DNA of 24,000 nucleotides from Anaerovoracaceae bacterium (GTDB lineage: Bacteria > Bacillota > Clostridia > Peptostreptococcales > Anaerovoracaceae), in the NCBI GenBank assembly GCA_045600065.1, contig JAZRXE010000055.1, positions 26,873 to 50,872 on the forward strand, given 5' to 3'. The translations under genes and the position numbers were made by a program. Below the pieces are notes generated by a model, which worked only from the letters and a program-made list of their open reading frames with translations, ran no database searches and was not told the origin of the DNA. Shown here piece by piece: positions 8,941-17,265 of this stretch; positions within the stretch are counted from its first letter, which is position 1; every line of letters starts with the position of its first letter.

Positions 8941-10005
8941 TCAGTCCGACTGCTTCAGATAATGGAAGATCAGAAGATCGGCCACCGCCCCGTAGGACTG
9001 CACGCCGTCTGATTCTGTATAGACCTTGAGATACATATCGTTAAGGCTTTGGGACGCGTCCTGGACCCCACCCTCGAACTGATCGTAGTGCAGGCTGTTG
9101 GCACGGGAATCCGCCCTTACCTGATCGGATGTAAAGGAGGCTGCCAGAGACGCGAGCACCGGATCCACCCTGTTAAGGGCATTTATGCAGTATACATAGG
9201 CTCCGAATGCACCGGAATACCTCAGCACGGGATCCTCAGAGGCCATGCAGGCCAGATAAGCGCTGTAATTGGCGTCAGCCTCGTTGGCTATGCCCTTGCT
9301 GTGAGCGATCTCATGACACATGGTAAAAGGCACCCAGACCTTATAGGTATCGGTATTTATACAGGGCTCACCGGTAAAGCAGACAAAAATGCCCGTGGTT
9401 CCCATGTAGCTGAAAAGTCTGGATGAGCTGAGGCATTTGACCACTCCCGTGTAGCCGCCGTATATAGGATACTGCTCCGCCAGAACGCCGTAGGCCCGGG
9501 CGATGGCATCGTTATACGAATAAGGATCTGCCGCAGCAGCAGTCCCGTCTGCATCTCTGGGAACCGCCCCGGCAGTACTGTTTGCCTCAAGGGCATAATA
9601 AACCACAGCGTCAAAGAGTTGCTGTCTGGTATACAGGCCGCAATCCAGGCCCAGCTTTTCGGATAGCCTTGCGTCAGTATGGCAGACTCCCCAGAAGGAG
9701 GTGAATACAAAAATGCATAAGCAGAACATGGCAAGGGCAGCGGAAAGCCATTTCAAAAAGCCGCAGCGTGTTCTGATGCACCTGATAAGATAATACAAAT
9801 AGACCAGCACCACAGCTGCCAGCAGCAGCTCCCAGAGGGAATACCGGCAGAAGGAAAAAGCGCTGTTGAGCATTCTGAAAATACCCAGGCAAATGGGTGT
9901 ATAAGCTTCGAAAAATCCCGGACCAAGGGCCGAGGCCGCCTGCATCAGCAGCACCGAGGCTAAAATAAAAAATGCGGAAAGCATAAGTAAATTAATCTTT
10001 TTCAT
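8941..10005 (-). CDS. DUF3810-like membrane protein with HExxH zinc-metalloprotease motif
   Basis: N-terminal multi-TM region followed by a soluble domain containing FTMCHEIAHSKGIANEADANYSAY (HExxH). This resembles the DUF3810 family from memory. The ORF is open to a TTG at 10041; the ATG at 10005 (MKKINLL...) is preferred. Confidence 0.6.
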   Translation of the reverse strand: MKKINLLMLSAFFILASVLLMQAASALGPGFFEAYTPICLGIFRMLNSAFSFCRYSLWELLLAAVVLVYLYYLIRCIRTRCGFLKWLSAALAMFCLCIFVFTSFWGVCHTDARLSEKLGLDCGLYTRQQLFDAVVYYALEANSTAGAVPRDADGTAAAADPYSYNDAIARAYGVLAEQYPIYGGYTGVVKCLSSSRLFSYMGTTGIFVCFTGEPCINTDTYKVWVPFTMCHEIAHSKGIANEADANYSAYLACMASEDPVLRYSGAFGAYVYCINALNRVDPVLASLAASFTSDQVRADSRANSLHYDQFEGGVQDASQSLNDMYLKVYTESDGVQSYGAVADLLIFHYLKQSD

Positions 10006-10062
10006 ATTTGATATGTTATACTTAACACGCAGCAAAAACAACAGTCTTTATCGAGGCAGAAA

Positions 10063-10347
10063 ATGAACAAAAAAGCAAAAATCGAAGCAGCCCTGCTTGC
10101 CGTTCTGCTCATAGCCTCCACCATGATCACCGTCAGCAATCACAGGCGAGTATCCCTGGCAAGATTGGCCGCCTCAGACGCAGACGAAAGGCTCAGAGCC
10201 GCAGAGCTTCTGCAGCAGCAGTACGAAACTCAGGACGATGAGCTGGTCAGGCAGATAGACGAGATCAAGGCAGGCAAACAGGATAAATTCGACACCTTCA
10301 AATTATGGGAAAAGTACACACAAAACATTATTCAGCTAACAGAATAA
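10063..10347 (+). CDS. small membrane-anchored coiled-coil protein, unknown function
   Basis: 94 aa with a GAGG Shine-Dalgarno about 8 nt upstream. N-terminal TM (AALLAVLLIASTMITV) then a charged helical region. Its 3' end overlaps the next ORF by 43 nt. Confidence 0.5.
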   Translation: MNKKAKIEAALLAVLLIASTMITVSNHRRVSLARLAASDADERLRAAELLQQQYETQDDELVRQIDEIKAGKQDKFDTFKLWEKYTQNIIQLTE

Positions 10348-11231
10348 ACTCCGTGCTGTGCATACTCATAGCCCTCTGCCTGATATACATGCCCGCATCC
10401 TGTTTCTTCTCTGAATTGGCGGTAAGAAAATACGAGGCAAAGGCCGAAAGCTCTGCCCTTCTGGAGCCTCAGGTAAGTGCCCAGGCAGAACAGACAGCAG
10501 CCATGATTGAGCAGCACCGCAGAGATCTGGAAAAGCTCGGAGATCTGGACGGAGCCATCGCTGAAGAAAAGGCCCTGTTTTTCCAAAAGGCATCAGAGCT
10601 GGAGCATATGGTAGACGCGGGCAGCACAGAGCTTAAGATCGCCTATCTGAGCTTTGATGACGGCCCCTATGCCAACACCGCGGACATTATGAACGTTCTC
10701 AGGGAGAACAGCGTTCAGGCCACGTTTTTCACCATAGGCCGAACAAGCAGCATCTACGATGAGATCTGGCCCAGATACGAGGCTGAATGCCACACGCTGG
10801 GCAATCACACCTACAGCCACAGCATCAAGACCGTATACGCAAGCGCAGATGTTTTCATCGCGGACATACTCAGGCAGCAGGAATTCCTCGAAGGCAAAAC
10901 CGGACACAAGACCGATCTGTGCAGATTCCCCGGCGGCAGCAGCCAGGCAAAGTCAAAAAAAAGCGCCTGCGTGGAAGCTCTCAGGGAATATGACTACGCC
11001 TATGTGGACTGGAACAACCTTACAGGCGATGCCGAGGGCGGAACGATCACCGAAGAAGGCTGTATAAGCAGAGTATTGGACAACACAAAGAACAGAAAAT
11101 TCCTGGTGGTGCTGATGCACGATTTCAGCAAGCAGTCCATGGAGGCCCTTCCGGAGATAATCCAGGGGCTCAGAGACCAGGGTTACGTATTTCTGCCCAT
11201 GTTCCACGACAGCATGGCAGTAAAAAGATAA
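10305..11231 (+). CDS. membrane-anchored polysaccharide deacetylase (NodB/CE4 domain)
   Basis: N-terminal TM, a coiled-coil, then NodB motifs (LSFDDGPY, ATFF, LGNHTYSH, RFPGG). The frame has a stop at 10284-10286, so the ATG at 10305 is the first possible start. No clear SD is visible. Confidence 0.85.
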   Translation: MGKVHTKHYSANRINSVLCILIALCLIYMPASCFFSELAVRKYEAKAESSALLEPQVSAQAEQTAAMIEQHRRDLEKLGDLDGAIAEEKALFFQKASELEHMVDAGSTELKIAYLSFDDGPYANTADIMNVLRENSVQATFFTIGRTSSIYDEIWPRYEAECHTLGNHTYSHSIKTVYASADVFIADILRQQEFLEGKTGHKTDLCRFPGGSSQAKSKKSACVEALREYDYAYVDWNNLTGDAEGGTITEEGCISRVLDNTKNRKFLVVLMHDFSKQSMEALPEIIQGLRDQGYVFLPMFHDSMAVKR

Positions 11232-11240
11232 GGAGGCAGC

Positions 11241-12167
11241 ATGCCCGCAGACAAAAGATTCGCAGTACTGATAGACGCAGACAATATTTCCGACAGATAT
11301 ATTAAAATAATCCTCGATGAGACCAGCAGCGAGGGAGAAGCTACCTACAAGCGCATTTACGGAGACTGGACAAAGCCCGCCCTGGGCCCCTGGAAAAAGG
11401 TGCTGCTGGAAAACTCCATCACCCCCATTCAGCAGTTCAATAACACCACAGGAAAGAACTCCACGGACTCGGCAATGATCATCGACGCTATGGACATACT
11501 TTATTCCGGCAGGGTCGACGGCTTCTGCCTGTGTTCCTCCGATTCGGATTTTACAAGGCTTGCCAGCAGGCTCAGGGAATCCGGCATGGCCGTCATAGGC
11601 ATGGGAGAGCAGAAGACCCCCAAGGCCTTTATCTCTGCCTGCAACAAGTTCAAGTATCTTGACATTCTGGCAGGCAACAGCAAGAAGGCTCAAAAGGATG
11701 CCCGGGCGGAAAGCAAAAGGGCAGCAAAGAAGAATTCCAGGGCAGCCGAAGCCGTGAAGGCAAAGGGTGCAGCCGAGGCAGCAAAGCTCGCCGCGGACGC
11801 CAGAGCCGCCGAAGCTTCGGCAGCCTCCGAGAAGATCAAGGCGGCACAGACAGCTGCACGGGCAGAGGAATACGAAGAAGACGAAGAAGATACCGGCGAG
11901 ATCACCAGTCTGGAAGACATCAGGCTGGCCCTGATAGCCATACTCAACGAAGAATCCGACGAGGACGGCTGGGTATCCACCTCCGATCTGGGCAACAGGC
12001 TGCTGAAGCGTTTCTCGGATTTCGACGTGCGCAACTACGGATTTTCCAAGCTGACCCCCTTCCTCAAGTCCATCAAGGGCTTCGAGATGAAGTCCGTGCG
12101 CTTCGAAAACTCCAGCACCCGCCAGGTCTTCCTGCGGGAATACATCCCCGACAGAGACCAGCAGTAG
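11241..12167 (+). CDS. NYN (LabA/DUF88-like) ribonuclease-fold domain protein with C-terminal OST-HTH/LOTUS domain
   Basis: Strong SD (AAGGAGG) 6 nt upstream. NYN acidic motifs are present (VLIDADN, DSAMIIDAMD, CLCSSDSDF). An Ala/Lys/Glu low-complexity linker follows. The C-terminal segment ...WVSTSDLGNRLLKRFSDFDVRNYGFSKLTPFLKSI is typical of OST-HTH. Confidence 0.8.
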   Translation: MPADKRFAVLIDADNISDRYIKIILDETSSEGEATYKRIYGDWTKPALGPWKKVLLENSITPIQQFNNTTGKNSTDSAMIIDAMDILYSGRVDGFCLCSSDSDFTRLASRLRESGMAVIGMGEQKTPKAFISACNKFKYLDILAGNSKKAQKDARAESKRAAKKNSRAAEAVKAKGAAEAAKLAADARAAEASAASEKIKAAQTAARAEEYEEDEEDTGEITSLEDIRLALIAILNEESDEDGWVSTSDLGNRLLKRFSDFDVRNYGFSKLTPFLKSIKGFEMKSVRFENSSTRQVFLREYIPDRDQQ

Positions 12168-12211
12168 CATGCGGGCAGCTGAAGAAAGCCGCCCCCCTCT
12201 GAGTTATTAAA

Positions 12212-12838
12212 TTGACCAAAGCAGAAAGACTTGAAAAACAGCAGCTGCGCCTTCAGCAGATGCTCACATACGAGAAAAGCCTTTGGGCAGAAGGCAAAAA
12301 GCTGGTAGCAGGCGTAGACGAGGTGGGCCGCGGCCCTCTTGCAGGCCCTGTGATAGCAGCTGCGGTGATACTGCCCGAGGGGTTTTCCCTGCTTGGGGTA
12401 GACGATTCCAAAAAGCTCTCTCCAAAGCAAAGAGACAGGCTTTACGACCAGATCCTTGAAGCCTGTATTTCTTATTCCACAGGCCGTCGGGAGCCTGCGG
12501 ACATAGACCGCATCAACATCCTGAACGCCACCAGGGAAGCCATGCTGGATGCAGTTTTGAGCCTTTCCCAAAAGCCTGATCACGTGCTGATAGACGCAGT
12601 AAAGCTGGATGCTTTGAGCATACCCTACACGGCAATAATCAAGGGAGACGCAAAAAGCGTGTCCATAGCCGCCGCATCCATAGTTGCCAAGGTGACAAGA
12701 GACCGAGAAATGGAGCGCATGGCCGTGGTCTATCCGGGCTATGCCTTTGAATCAAATAAGGGCTACGGCACCAAAGCCCATTACGAGGGACTGGCCAAGC
12801 TGGGCCCCTGCCCAATACACAGGAAAACTTTTCTTTAG
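12212..12838 (+). CDS. rnhB: ribonuclease HII
   Basis: 208 aa with a TTG start. RNase HII motifs VAGVDEVGRGPLAGPV, DDSKKLS, ASIVAKVTRD and GYG. Confidence 0.92.
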   Translation: MTKAERLEKQQLRLQQMLTYEKSLWAEGKKLVAGVDEVGRGPLAGPVIAAAVILPEGFSLLGVDDSKKLSPKQRDRLYDQILEACISYSTGRREPADIDRINILNATREAMLDAVLSLSQKPDHVLIDAVKLDALSIPYTAIIKGDAKSVSIAAASIVAKVTRDREMERMAVVYPGYAFESNKGYGTKAHYEGLAKLGPCPIHRKTFL

Positions 12839-12840
12839 AC

Positions 12841-12929
12841 GACGAGCCGGGCACCCGAAAAAAAGACGACATCCCGGGTACCCGAAAAAAGACGACATCC
12901 CGGGTACCCGAAAAAAGAGACGACGGGCC
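12841..12929. repeat. tandem 26-bp repeat (about 3.3 copies), each unit containing the 10-bp palindrome CGGGTACCCG followed by an A6-7 tract
   Basis: 12865-12890 and 12891-12916 are identical (gacgacatcccgggtacccgaaaaaa). 12841-12864 is a diverged 24-bp copy (gacgagccgggcacccgaaaaaaa). 12917-12929 is a partial copy. The repeat starts 3 nt after the rnhB stop. Confidence 0.9.
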
Positions 12930-13006
12930 TGACACTCACATATAAGCTGATCTGCCTGCCGCAGCGCCCGATCGCTCGTTTACATTTTTCATCAGGGAGA
13001 CATGCC

Positions 13007-13834
13007 ATGATAGATACTTCATTGCTTTTTAAGGATCCTGAACCCGGCACTTACGAGGCCGGCATGCAGTTCGACGGTTTTACCATCAAGGCCTGCGACG
13101 GCAGCACCCTGCTTGCCAGAATGCTCAGCGCCGGAAGAAAAAAGGACGAGCTCTGCCCCGCAGTGCTTCTGCTTCACGGATTCCCGGGCAACGAGCAGAA
13201 CATGGACATGGCACAGAGCCTGCGCAGAGCGGGCTTTACCGTGTTCACGCTTCACTACCGGGGCAACTGGGGCAGCGGCGGAGAGTACCGCCTGGCCCAC
13301 CTGCCCGAAGACGCGGAGAGCATGCTGAAATATATGAAGGCCGGGCACCAAGCCCTGGGCATAGACCCTGAGCGCATCTTCCTGCTGGGCCACAGCATGG
13401 GCGGCTTTACCGCCTTCGAGCTGCTGAGCCGCCGGGTGTCCATTGCCGGCGCAGTGCTGATGGCGCCCTGCGATATCGAATACATGTACACGGAAGACCG
13501 CGCCGCCTTCAGCGCCCTGGTGGATAATACCGAAGACTATTTCCGCCTGGATTCCAGCCGGATCTTCTACGAAGAATGCGCCGCCCACACAGACGACTGG
13601 CGCTTCACCGCTTTTGCGCAGAAGGCAGACCCCTCCGTTCCCCTGCTCTTTGTTGGCGGCACGGAGGATGTCACCTGCGATCCGGAGCATCACATAGCCC
13701 CTGCCCGGGACATACTGCTGCAGCGCGGCGCCGATGCCGAATGCTTGATTCTGGAAGACGGTCACTGCTTCGACAGCCATCGCTGCCGGCTGATCACCGC
13801 CATAGCGGAGTGGCTGGCAAAGAAAGTACAGTAG
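13007..13834 (+). CDS. alpha/beta-fold hydrolase (serine hydrolase, unknown substrate)
   Basis: 275 aa with SD AGGGAGA upstream. Oxyanion region LLLHGFPG and nucleophile elbow GHSMGG. Candidate Asp (GGTEDVTCD) and His (EDGHCF) could complete a triad. Confidence 0.8.
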   Translation: MIDTSLLFKDPEPGTYEAGMQFDGFTIKACDGSTLLARMLSAGRKKDELCPAVLLLHGFPGNEQNMDMAQSLRRAGFTVFTLHYRGNWGSGGEYRLAHLPEDAESMLKYMKAGHQALGIDPERIFLLGHSMGGFTAFELLSRRVSIAGAVLMAPCDIEYMYTEDRAAFSALVDNTEDYFRLDSSRIFYEECAAHTDDWRFTAFAQKADPSVPLLFVGGTEDVTCDPEHHIAPARDILLQRGADAECLILEDGHCFDSHRCRLITAIAEWLAKKVQ

Positions 13835-13850
13835 ACAATTTTACAACCCC

Positions 13851-13889
13851 AAAAAGCAGACCCGGAGCACAGGCTTCGGGTCTTTGTGT
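13851..13889. terminator. bidirectional intrinsic terminator (hydrolase / hsdR convergent)
   Basis: 9-bp stem agacccgga (13858-13866) / ttcgggtct (13875-13883), with one G-U pair and an 8-nt loop. It is flanked by aaaaa (13851-13855), which reads as a U-tract for the minus-strand hsdR transcript. On the plus side it is followed by ttgtgt, a weaker tract. Confidence 0.7.
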
Positions 13890-13942
13890 ATCAGATATAA
13901 TTCGGAAATATATCCTTTTGTCATTTCTATTTTCTCCTACAA

Positions 13943-16900
13943 TCACGCCGCAACGGCATTTGCGTTAACACGGTCGATAGCTTTCCGGATACCCATCCAG
14001 ACAGACAGATCCGTAAAGATCTCAACAATGCTGCCCATATCCGTAAACGGCGATTCCTGAAGCACCGAAAGATCTTTCATAAGACCGTTATGGACTATGT
14101 ATTCGACAATCTGGTTCACAAAATAGATCTGCCTGCTGTCGAGGGATACATCGTTCAGATACTCCGCGAATGCCTCTTTAGCCGCCGTCATGTCAAGACC
14201 AACGATCTCCCGGACAAATTCACCAAGCGGTTTTTGTCCGTATTCAGCCTCGTAGTCCTGCTTTGTACCGACTTCGCTCCACAGGATCTCTTCAAGAACC
14301 TTAATATCTTCTGCCGTCAGCGGGATATTACTTCTCAGTTTCGCAATGACCTCATTATCAAGGTGCTGGCGAACATAGAACTCCGCCTTTGCCTTGTAAT
14401 TCTTCAAATCATCGTTTTCAAGCTCTGAGTCATTCCAGTCCATCGAAAGGATCTCATCATCGAAATCCGTGTCATAGCGTAGTTTCTTAACTGGAATATA
14501 CTTGATCAGATCGCGCAGATTCACGCGGATATATTCAAAATCGCTGATGCCCGCAGTATCAACATAATCGGTATGCAGGATCCTGTTGATCAAATCTGCC
14601 TGGGCCATGATCTCTGGAATGTTGGCGACAGAAGCAATGCCGGAAACTTTTTTGAACAGATCAGACCGTGCGCGGCTATACTTTTTGCCTGCAAGGAAAG
14701 CCAGTTCGATTCCGTACATAAGGGCGTCAAAGCGCAGAGCCTTTGCGTCATCGTCTTCCGGAAGGATCAGCGGTGCCAGCTCCTGCCCCATCAGCAAAGT
14801 ATCTTCATAGGTGAGCGCTGTATAGTTATCCGGATTGGAATACAAGTCGACATATTTCAAATGCTGCCGCACGGCAAAGTTCTCTTTGTTCAGTTCCCGC
14901 ACCTTCCCGACCATTTCTTCCACAAGCGATTTTCGGAACGCAATCAGGTCGTTCGTCTGATAAGAAATATCCTGCAGCTTGTATGCGATCTGGGCCTTGA
15001 GCTGAAATATGGCACCCTGCAGAGCGATCATATTCGCAGTAGCCTTGCCTTTGTTCATTCGGAAAAATTCGAAGTTTCCGCAGAAATCAAAGATATAGAA
15101 TTTCTCTTTGTCTTTGCCGTCGAGCAGGCCGGGGCAGAGGCGCGTTCCGCGGCCGATCATCTGCCAAAACTTGGCCTTGCTCATGACTTTCTTAAAGAAG
15201 ACGAGATTCAGCACTTCCGGCACATCGATACCGGTATCCAGCATATCAACGGAGATCGCGATCTGCGGCAGTTTCCCCGGATCGGAGAACTCATCGATGG
15301 CGCTCTGTGCATAAGTCATATAATTGTCGATCACTTTTGCAAAGCCGGGCAGATGCGGGTATTCCTTGTTGAAGATCTCCAGGATCTTCTCCGCATGGGC
15401 ATGGTTCTTTGCAAAGATAATAGTCTTGCCGATCTTGTTTCCGTAATCGATCTTGATACCTTCGGTCATCAGGATATTCAGGACCTGTCGGATAGTATCC
15501 TCGTTAAAGATCCACTCGTTAAGAGCCGACGAAGCGATACTCTCCGGAAGCTCGCCGTTTTCATCCTCAAAAGTATCCTCGTAGATCTGCTTGTCTTCCT
15601 CGGAGAGATCATCATATACAATGCCCTGCTGGATGAACTTCAAAACCGTTTCCACAGAGACGAAGTCCACCAGATAACCGTCCTTGACAGCCTGATCAAG
15701 CTCGTATCCGTAAGTCGGGACACCGTTTTCGAGCTCAAAGATCTCGTAGGTATTCTTGTCGATCTCATCTTTCGGGGTCGCGGTAAGTCCGACAAGCGGC
15801 GCATCGAAGTAATTGAAGATATCCTGGTATTTGTTATAGATGGAGCGATGCGCTTCATCGCAAATCACAAGGACAAAATGTCCGCTGGTAAAAAGTTTCC
15901 CTTCATCGTCATGAACAGAGTCAATGACATTGAACATGGTCTGATATGTGGAAAAAACGCAGTGCGCCGTATAATTGTCTTTTTCCTCACAGAGATTGGT
16001 GACAGACAGATCAGGCAGCAGATTCACAAAGTTCCGCTTGGCCTGAGTAACAAGACTGTTGCGATCAGCCAGGAACAGAATATTTTTCACCCAGCCGTGC
16101 TGAAGGAGTACATCGCAGAGCGCAATGACCGTTCTGGTCTTGCCGGAACCGGTAGCCATGACCAGGAGCGCTTTCCGGCGATTCCGGCGGTCGAATGCAT
16201 CGCAGACCGCCTTGATCGCTGCCTCCTGATAGTATCGCCCGACTATGTTTTTGTTTATACTGACATTCTTCAGATTCGTTCTCAGAGTCTGAAGGTTAAA
16301 CTTTTTTTCGAGATCCCGCTTGGAGTAAATATTCGCACATTTTCTCTCGGGATACTGATTATCGATGATACGTGTTTCGAATCCGTTCGTCAGGAAAATG
16401 ACCGGCCTTCTATGCATATATTTTTCTAACAGATCCGCATAAAGCTTTGCCTGCTGACGCCCTTTTGCAACATCCACGCAAGTGCGCTTCGCTTCGATCA
16501 CGGCAAGCGGACGATGATCATCCCCGTAGAGGACATAATCTGCATAGCCCACGCCGGATGCATTGGGCATTCCGTTCAGTTCGACTTCGTTAAACCAGTT
16601 TACGCCTTCCTTCCAACCGGCATCGGCAAGCATGGTATCGATATAGATCTTGCGGGTCTTGTATTCCGACAGATCCAGCGGCTTGGGCACGTAGGTCTGC
16701 TGCTGCTCCGCACGGCGCTTCGTAAGCTCTTCCTTGAGCGCCGCATTCTCTTCCATCAGCTTTTTCAGGTCTACCTCAGTCTGGGCGAAAACGGCTGCAG
16801 CTGGCTCTTTATGCTGCTTCAGAAGCTCGCGATCGAAGCTTCCTTCGGCATAACTGCTGCCATAGCAGTAGGCAACAAAATCCAGGAATACATACAGGTT

Positions 16901-17236
16901 TTCCAGGCAAAGCTCTGCCTGTTCTTCCGTGATTTTCTTTCCGCCATGCGCAGCATTATTGCCTACCTTGCGAATAAAATCCATTCGCCGCCAGATATCC
17001 GTACCGATGATATCGCGAAAATCCTCGTCGTTCATCAGGCTGACAAGGGTATCCTGATAAGGCATGACAAGAGAGCTGTCCACAGAATACATCCATTTGA
17101 CAGCGAACTCCATGGCCCTGCGGCAGTTCATAACGGAGGAATCCACATCCATATGCAGAATGTTTTCTGCCGCTATAGCCACATCGGCAAACGATGCAAA
17201 CCGCGCATCTGATTTCAGGAAATCAAAGTTGGTCAT
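13943..17236 (-). CDS. hsdR: Type I restriction enzyme R subunit with N-terminal DUF4145-like domain and EcoEI-R-C-like C-terminal domain
   Basis: PD-(D/E)xK nuclease (GYADYVLY...AVIEAKR). SF2 helicase motifs I MATGSGKT, II DEAH, III GLTATP and VI QMIGRGTR. The ORF track starts at a TTG (17251). The ATG at 17236 (MTNFDFLK...) with GAGGAG 8 nt upstream is preferred. Confidence 0.93.
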   Translation of the reverse strand: MTNFDFLKSDARFASFADVAIAAENILHMDVDSSVMNCRRAMEFAVKWMYSVDSSLVMPYQDTLVSLMNDEDFRDIIGTDIWRRMDFIRKVGNNAAHGGKKITEEQAELCLENLYVFLDFVAYCYGSSYAEGSFDRELLKQHKEPAAAVFAQTEVDLKKLMEENAALKEELTKRRAEQQQTYVPKPLDLSEYKTRKIYIDTMLADAGWKEGVNWFNEVELNGMPNASGVGYADYVLYGDDHRPLAVIEAKRTCVDVAKGRQQAKLYADLLEKYMHRRPVIFLTNGFETRIIDNQYPERKCANIYSKRDLEKKFNLQTLRTNLKNVSINKNIVGRYYQEAAIKAVCDAFDRRNRRKALLVMATGSGKTRTVIALCDVLLQHGWVKNILFLADRNSLVTQAKRNFVNLLPDLSVTNLCEEKDNYTAHCVFSTYQTMFNVIDSVHDDEGKLFTSGHFVLVICDEAHRSIYNKYQDIFNYFDAPLVGLTATPKDEIDKNTYEIFELENGVPTYGYELDQAVKDGYLVDFVSVETVLKFIQQGIVYDDLSEEDKQIYEDTFEDENGELPESIASSALNEWIFNEDTIRQVLNILMTEGIKIDYGNKIGKTIIFAKNHAHAEKILEIFNKEYPHLPGFAKVIDNYMTYAQSAIDEFSDPGKLPQIAISVDMLDTGIDVPEVLNLVFFKKVMSKAKFWQMIGRGTRLCPGLLDGKDKEKFYIFDFCGNFEFFRMNKGKATANMIALQGAIFQLKAQIAYKLQDISYQTNDLIAFRKSLVEEMVGKVRELNKENFAVRQHLKYVDLYSNPDNYTALTYEDTLLMGQELAPLILPEDDDAKALRFDALMYGIELAFLAGKKYSRARSDLFKKVSGIASVANIPEIMAQADLINRILHTDYVDTAGISDFEYIRVNLRDLIKYIPVKKLRYDTDFDDEILSMDWNDSELENDDLKNYKAKAEFYVRQHLDNEVIAKLRSNIPLTAEDIKVLEEILWSEVGTKQDYEAEYGQKPLGEFVREIVGLDMTAAKEAFAEYLNDVSLDSRQIYFVNQIVEYIVHNGLMKDLSVLQESPFTDMGSIVEIFTDLSVWMGIRKAIDRVNANAVAA

Positions 17237-17265
17237 ATTGCCACTCCTCAATCTTGATTACTTAA

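Noticed and set aside
12841-12929. Tandem repeat considered as a CRISPR array or as cloning-vector polylinker contamination, since it contains SmaI CCCGGG and KpnI GGTACC sites.
   Set aside because: The units are directly abutting with no unique spacers, so this is not a CRISPR array. The sequence context (CCCGGGTACCCGAAAAAA) does not match the pUC-type polylinker order (GGTACCCGGGGATCC), and it is embedded in otherwise native sequence.
13890-13942. AT-rich imperfect hairpin (gatataattcggaaatatatc) just downstream of the hsdR stop, considered as an att site or island border repeat.
   Set aside because: The stem is weak (6+2 bp, all A/T), and no matching sequence exists at the other island border. 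It is more likely part of the hsdR 3' UTR ahead of the GC-rich terminator.
14573-16429. 618-aa ORF on the plus strand, antisense to hsdR. Similar long antisense ORFs occur at 18275-19477 (+, opposite hsdM), 10953-12170 (-, opposite the deacetylase and NYN genes), 7290-8270 (+, opposite rsmH), 13019-13780 (-, opposite the hydrolase), 21472-22365 (+, opposite the polymerase) and 23215-23949 (+).
   Set aside because: These are shadow ORFs in the codon-complementary frame of genes that have unmistakable catalytic motifs on the other strand. They stay open because the sense genes rarely use TTA, CTA and TCA codons. Their translations are low-complexity (rich in Arg, Leu, Gly, Ile, Asp) and have no recognisable motifs or SD sequences.
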